A DNA stretch of 63,205 nucleotides, filler included, from Pelomyxa schiedti (Eukaryota > Protista > Evosea), in assembly GCA_020536535.1 (NCBI GenBank). It is 10 parts of 10 records of this genome, joined end to end, with 100 filler letters (N's around TTAATTAATTAA, not from the genome) between each part and the next. Parts side by side here need not be neighbours in the genome. Positions count along the whole stretch, not along the records: positions 54,284 to 59,766 come from JAHLWZ010001498.1; positions 59,867 to 63,205 come from JAHLWZ010001760.1; 8 more parts are not named here. The stretch is one strand, 5' to 3'. The first letter of the stretch is position 1. The number at the start of each line of letters is the position of its first letter. Positions 59,657-63,205 of this stretch are shown here, one piece after another. Under the pieces are notes generated by a model. That model did no database searches. It had not been told where the DNA came from and saw nothing but the letters and a program-made list of their open reading frames with translations. The position numbers and the translations under genes were made by a program.

Positions 59657-59766
59657 ATGTCGTCGTTGGAAACAAAAGGGGAATACCACGCACGAGTGGT
59701 GATGATGTCGCGGACGGTGTGGGAGTGGGTCATGCCGTGGCTCGTCCCCCGCTCCCTGCTGGTCAC
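59657..59766 (+). CDS. 5' fragment of a second member of the 3571-5835 family
   Basis: MSSLETKGEYHARVVMMSRTVWEWVMPWLVPR versus RAVWVSRVVWDWVVAWLVPH. Confidence 0.55.
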
Positions 59767-60064
59767 NNNNNNNNNNNNNNNNNNNNNNNNNNNNNNNNNN
59801 NNNNNNNNNNTTAATTAATTAANNNNNNNNNNNNNNNNNNNNNNNNNNNNNNNNNNNNNNNNNNNNCTGGACATCAAGGGGCTCAGAAAAAGCTTGGGTT
59901 ACTGTTGGGGTTACTTGACGTTTGTGGAGCTTTGAAGTTCAACGCGCCAAGTGATTCCAACAAAAGGAGACTCTCGAAAACAAACCAGTTGCGCTTCGTC
60001 TCGTAAACACCGAACCTGTTTTGATCGATTTCCTCGAAATCGCCCGTTCAAAAACAAAAAAAAG

Positions 60065-63000
60065 ATGTTGCGTGGGGCTCTTGTTCTCTTTGGCGCGTTG
60101 CTTGCCTGTTTTAGCTTCACAGCTGCCCAGCGCCTTTGGGTTGATGTCGATGAGTCGACTGCCGCTTTCAACGTTGAGGTACCTTACAATTATCCGTCAT
60201 GGCCCAACATTCGACTTATGGGGCACACCGTTCCCGCTACTCAGGGAAAAAACGACACCAACTTGGAATTTAGGTTGATGGCGAAGTTTGGCTACACGGT
60301 GGACCAATTGGGCTCAGAAACGGAGGAGAGTGGTTCTCAACTCAAGACGCCAATTTGAAACTAACTAAAATATCCTCGTATGTGCTGTACCAACTAATCT
60401 CTAGTCTAATCTTTTATTGTTTCCTTTGAACTGGCAGGGGGTGGTCTGAGGACGATATTGGGGATTACAAGCTTGTTACGGCTGTATATTCTGCTAATGA
60501 CGTCGAGATATTACATGCTATTTTCAAATCGTTTGCTTCTTTTTGTATTTTCCCCCTTCACAGAAGTAATCCACCTTTTAGGTACACAAGTGCCAATGTG
60601 GCAATTTTTGAGCAGTACTTTCCAATTGGTGCCAATAATACAAGTGCTGGGTCCACTTTTGAGCTTGCTTCTTGCTTCCCTTCTTTCACTGACACAGTGA
60701 CCAACTTCAACTACTTAACATTCCAACGAAAATTTGCTCGGCCTCATATTGGGAAGTGGGACAATCCTCAGTTCGAGGTAAAGGCCATTTTCCTTACGGT
60801 GTTTTCTAACACATCTTTAGGGTGGTGAATTTGGAGGAATGCCAATGGTACTATATGATTCAACTCTACGTTCACTCGTGATTTCTCCCTTCTCTAATTA
60901 TATGGCTTCTGGACAAACAATGTCATCTCATTTTGGGGACATATTTGGATGTGGTCTCGAGGGGAAAGTGTGTACTTTCGTTTTGTGGACTGCATCTCTG
61001 AGTTAAGCATAGATAGAGCAAATCCCAGTAGAATTTCACCATACAACAATCATGGTATTCGGAACAGCCATAACTAGTGCAATGTCTCAATGGGGCCAAT
61101 ACTTGCTTCAAGCAACAGGAAAACCTTTAACGTTCCAGCAAGGTAAACTGAAAGTACTTTTCATAGCCAATTACTTGATTTCAGATATGACAACTCAGAA
61201 ACTCGGCTACTACACAGACAAGTATTACCCTGTATAAACACAAATCACTGACATAGCTCTATAGTGGTGCATTTTATTACTACAATACAGAACCTTCAAA
61301 GAATTATGAAGACACGATGATTGACATTTATAATTACCAGAAAGGAATTCTTCCCCATAAAAACTACCAAGTATTTCGTTACATCCGCCTTGAGGCACTT
61401 ACTAAGATAATATAGCTCGATTCTTGGTGGTACACTAGAGGAGAAAATAATGGGGTGAAGCTCTGGGAACCACGTGAAGACATCTTTCCTGATGGCATGG
61501 CATTTCTCAACTCAAAAATGGACAATATCCCATTTGTCCTGCATAATCGGTACTCCCTCAGCAGAATAAATCTTGTGCTTAATGTTTATTCTAGGTATTT
61601 CAGCACAGATAATGATTATATTGCAATGAACTTCTCTTTTGCCGTGGAAGATTATATGGCTCTCCCTCTCGAACAAGACTTGTTTGCTTACATTATGGGG
61701 AAGGCAGTAACCTGGGGAATGACTGTGTACATGAGGAGCCATACATTAAACCACTAATAAGATGGTTTACAGGTATGAACAAGACTGGCTTGTCACAACC
61801 TACACCAAGATGGAGATAACCAGAAATAATGTTTACACTTCCAGGCAGTGGCTTCAAAATATGGGGAATGCTGCCTCGAATCTCAATGTCTTCATCCAGG
61901 TTTCTACTTATTTTTTTTTAACTTTAATTACCCAAAACTCAAAAGTACTGTATGCCACTTCCCAATTTTCTGCTGGAAAGTACCGAGATATTCCCTGTAA
62001 CACAGGCAAGAGCCAGTGAGGATTATAATCCAGGAAATAAAAACTGGCAGGTTAAAAGCATAATGTGGTTAATTGTATTGTAAATAATCCAAACAATAGA
62101 TACTGCACTCCAGTATGCTCATTTGGGCACTTGGAATGGTCCCTTTCAAAGATAATTTCTGGTCCACTACAGAGCAACTGGGCTGCCCGTTGGTCCCCAT
62201 TTTCCATGTTTTCTATCTTACCTCTCATGAAGATATATTCTTTGTCGGGAGCCGAACCCTGTGATACAAACTCTGTCGTCGGCCCTTGCAGGAGGTCCTC
62301 TGGCTATTGGTGACAAGGTGTGGAGAGCTTCCAAATTTTGGATCCAAAGGAAAACAAACAAAAAAAAAAAGATAGAGTTCACAGATTCCGAACTGGTAAT
62401 GCACACTTGCATGCTTGATGGCACTTTGATAAAGGCTGACCGCCCTGCCATTCCTCTTGACAAGTAGGTATATCTTGTTGGGGAAATCAATCTGAATTGC
62501 GTACAGAGCGTTTCTACAATTTGATGGTATTGATCCAAGTGTTGTGCACCTTGGTGAAACGAGAGCAACTGTATCGGGTTCACTTCCTCGAGATTGCTGC
62601 AATAGTCTAACAAATTTTTCAGGCATGACATGGCATTACATATTCTGCACTGAGTTGCCATATGACATGGATATATATCCCGAAGACCTCGGGATGGACA
62701 ATTCCGGCATAGTGGTGGATTACTTTGATGATCCCAATTCCCCTTCAGAATTCAATTCCACACTGCCACTCCATTTAGCTACACAGGGCACAGTTGCACC
62801 CTACACAATTGTACCTTACAAATATTATGTTATAGCACCGGATTTATCCTCCGGCTGGGTATTTATTGGTGACATGTATGCTTATTACTTCCACTATATA
62901 TATTTACAACTCATATTGCCAACACCTTCAGGTCGAAGTTCATCACTGTTTCTTCAACCCGCATCCAACTCGTAGATTATGACACAGCAGGCCAAGTTTA

Positions 63001-63160
63001 TGTGGAAGCAATTGGCTCACCTGAGGAAACAATTACTCTCTCATTCTACTCGCCAACTGGTGCAAGTGTGTCGGGGTCTTGCGCAATAGCTGCCTCAGGC
63101 AAAACTTATTGTGGCGTTCTTTGCACCTGTGCTTCTGTGTGCACTTGCGCACAAGCATAA
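60065..63160 (+). CDS. Secreted uncharacterised glycoside hydrolase-like protein (probable TIM barrel, clan GH-D-like); intron-rich
   Basis: Signal peptide; LGYYTD|xGAFYYYNTE, YQ|LDSWWY, DIFPDGM, YEQDWL, Q|YCMPLP, QARASEDY, ALAGGPLAIGD, CMLDGTLIKADRP; stop TAA 63158-63160. Confidence 0.65.
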
Positions 63161-63205
63161 AACCAATAAAAAAAATTTAAACTAGCTCCTTCTGTTTGTG
63201 AAGCA

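Overview
The window is not one locus. It is ten unrelated eukaryotic contigs/scaffolds joined by artificial 100-bp linkers (Ns with a central TTAATTAATTAA): 1-6201, 6302-9749, 9850-11000, 11101-19013, 19114-23275, 23376-27533, 27634-39545, 39646-54183, 54284-59766 and 59867-63205. The genome is gene-dense, with many 40-60-nt GT-AG (occasionally GC-AG) introns, so the ORF track fragments most genes. Gene content (Roco, Entamoeba-style transmembrane kinase, epsilonproteobacterial-type NifS, expanded lineage-specific families) suggests an amoebozoan, probably a Pelomyxa-like archamoeba; this is inference. Recognisable genes: an F-box/Arf-like fusion, an ankyrin-like repeat protein, three TRIM-like RBCC proteins, a Roco with a pseudokinase, tRNA-Glu(UUC), a tandem-RGS protein, an SPP-like protease, a GH5 mannanase with a Cys-rich tail, a HAT+DGCR6 fusion, an ArfGAP with Arg->Lys at the finger, a TBC RabGAP, a receptor TKL kinase and a secreted glycosidase-like protein. 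Three observations stand out. (1) A 3.45-kb contig is a perfect palindrome whose arms each hide an intron-split, divergent NifS-like gene absent from the ORF track, around a 166-bp spacer with 10-bp periodic repeats. (2) An unnamed N-terminal 'Q-x-L-A...HPRCG..SP' box recurs on about 9 genes across five or more contigs, fused to variable C-termini, like a new ubiquitin-ligase adaptor family. (3) Two short near-perfect hairpins sit at the 5' ends of members or relics of that family. Exon models were built by eye and need RNA-seq confirmation.
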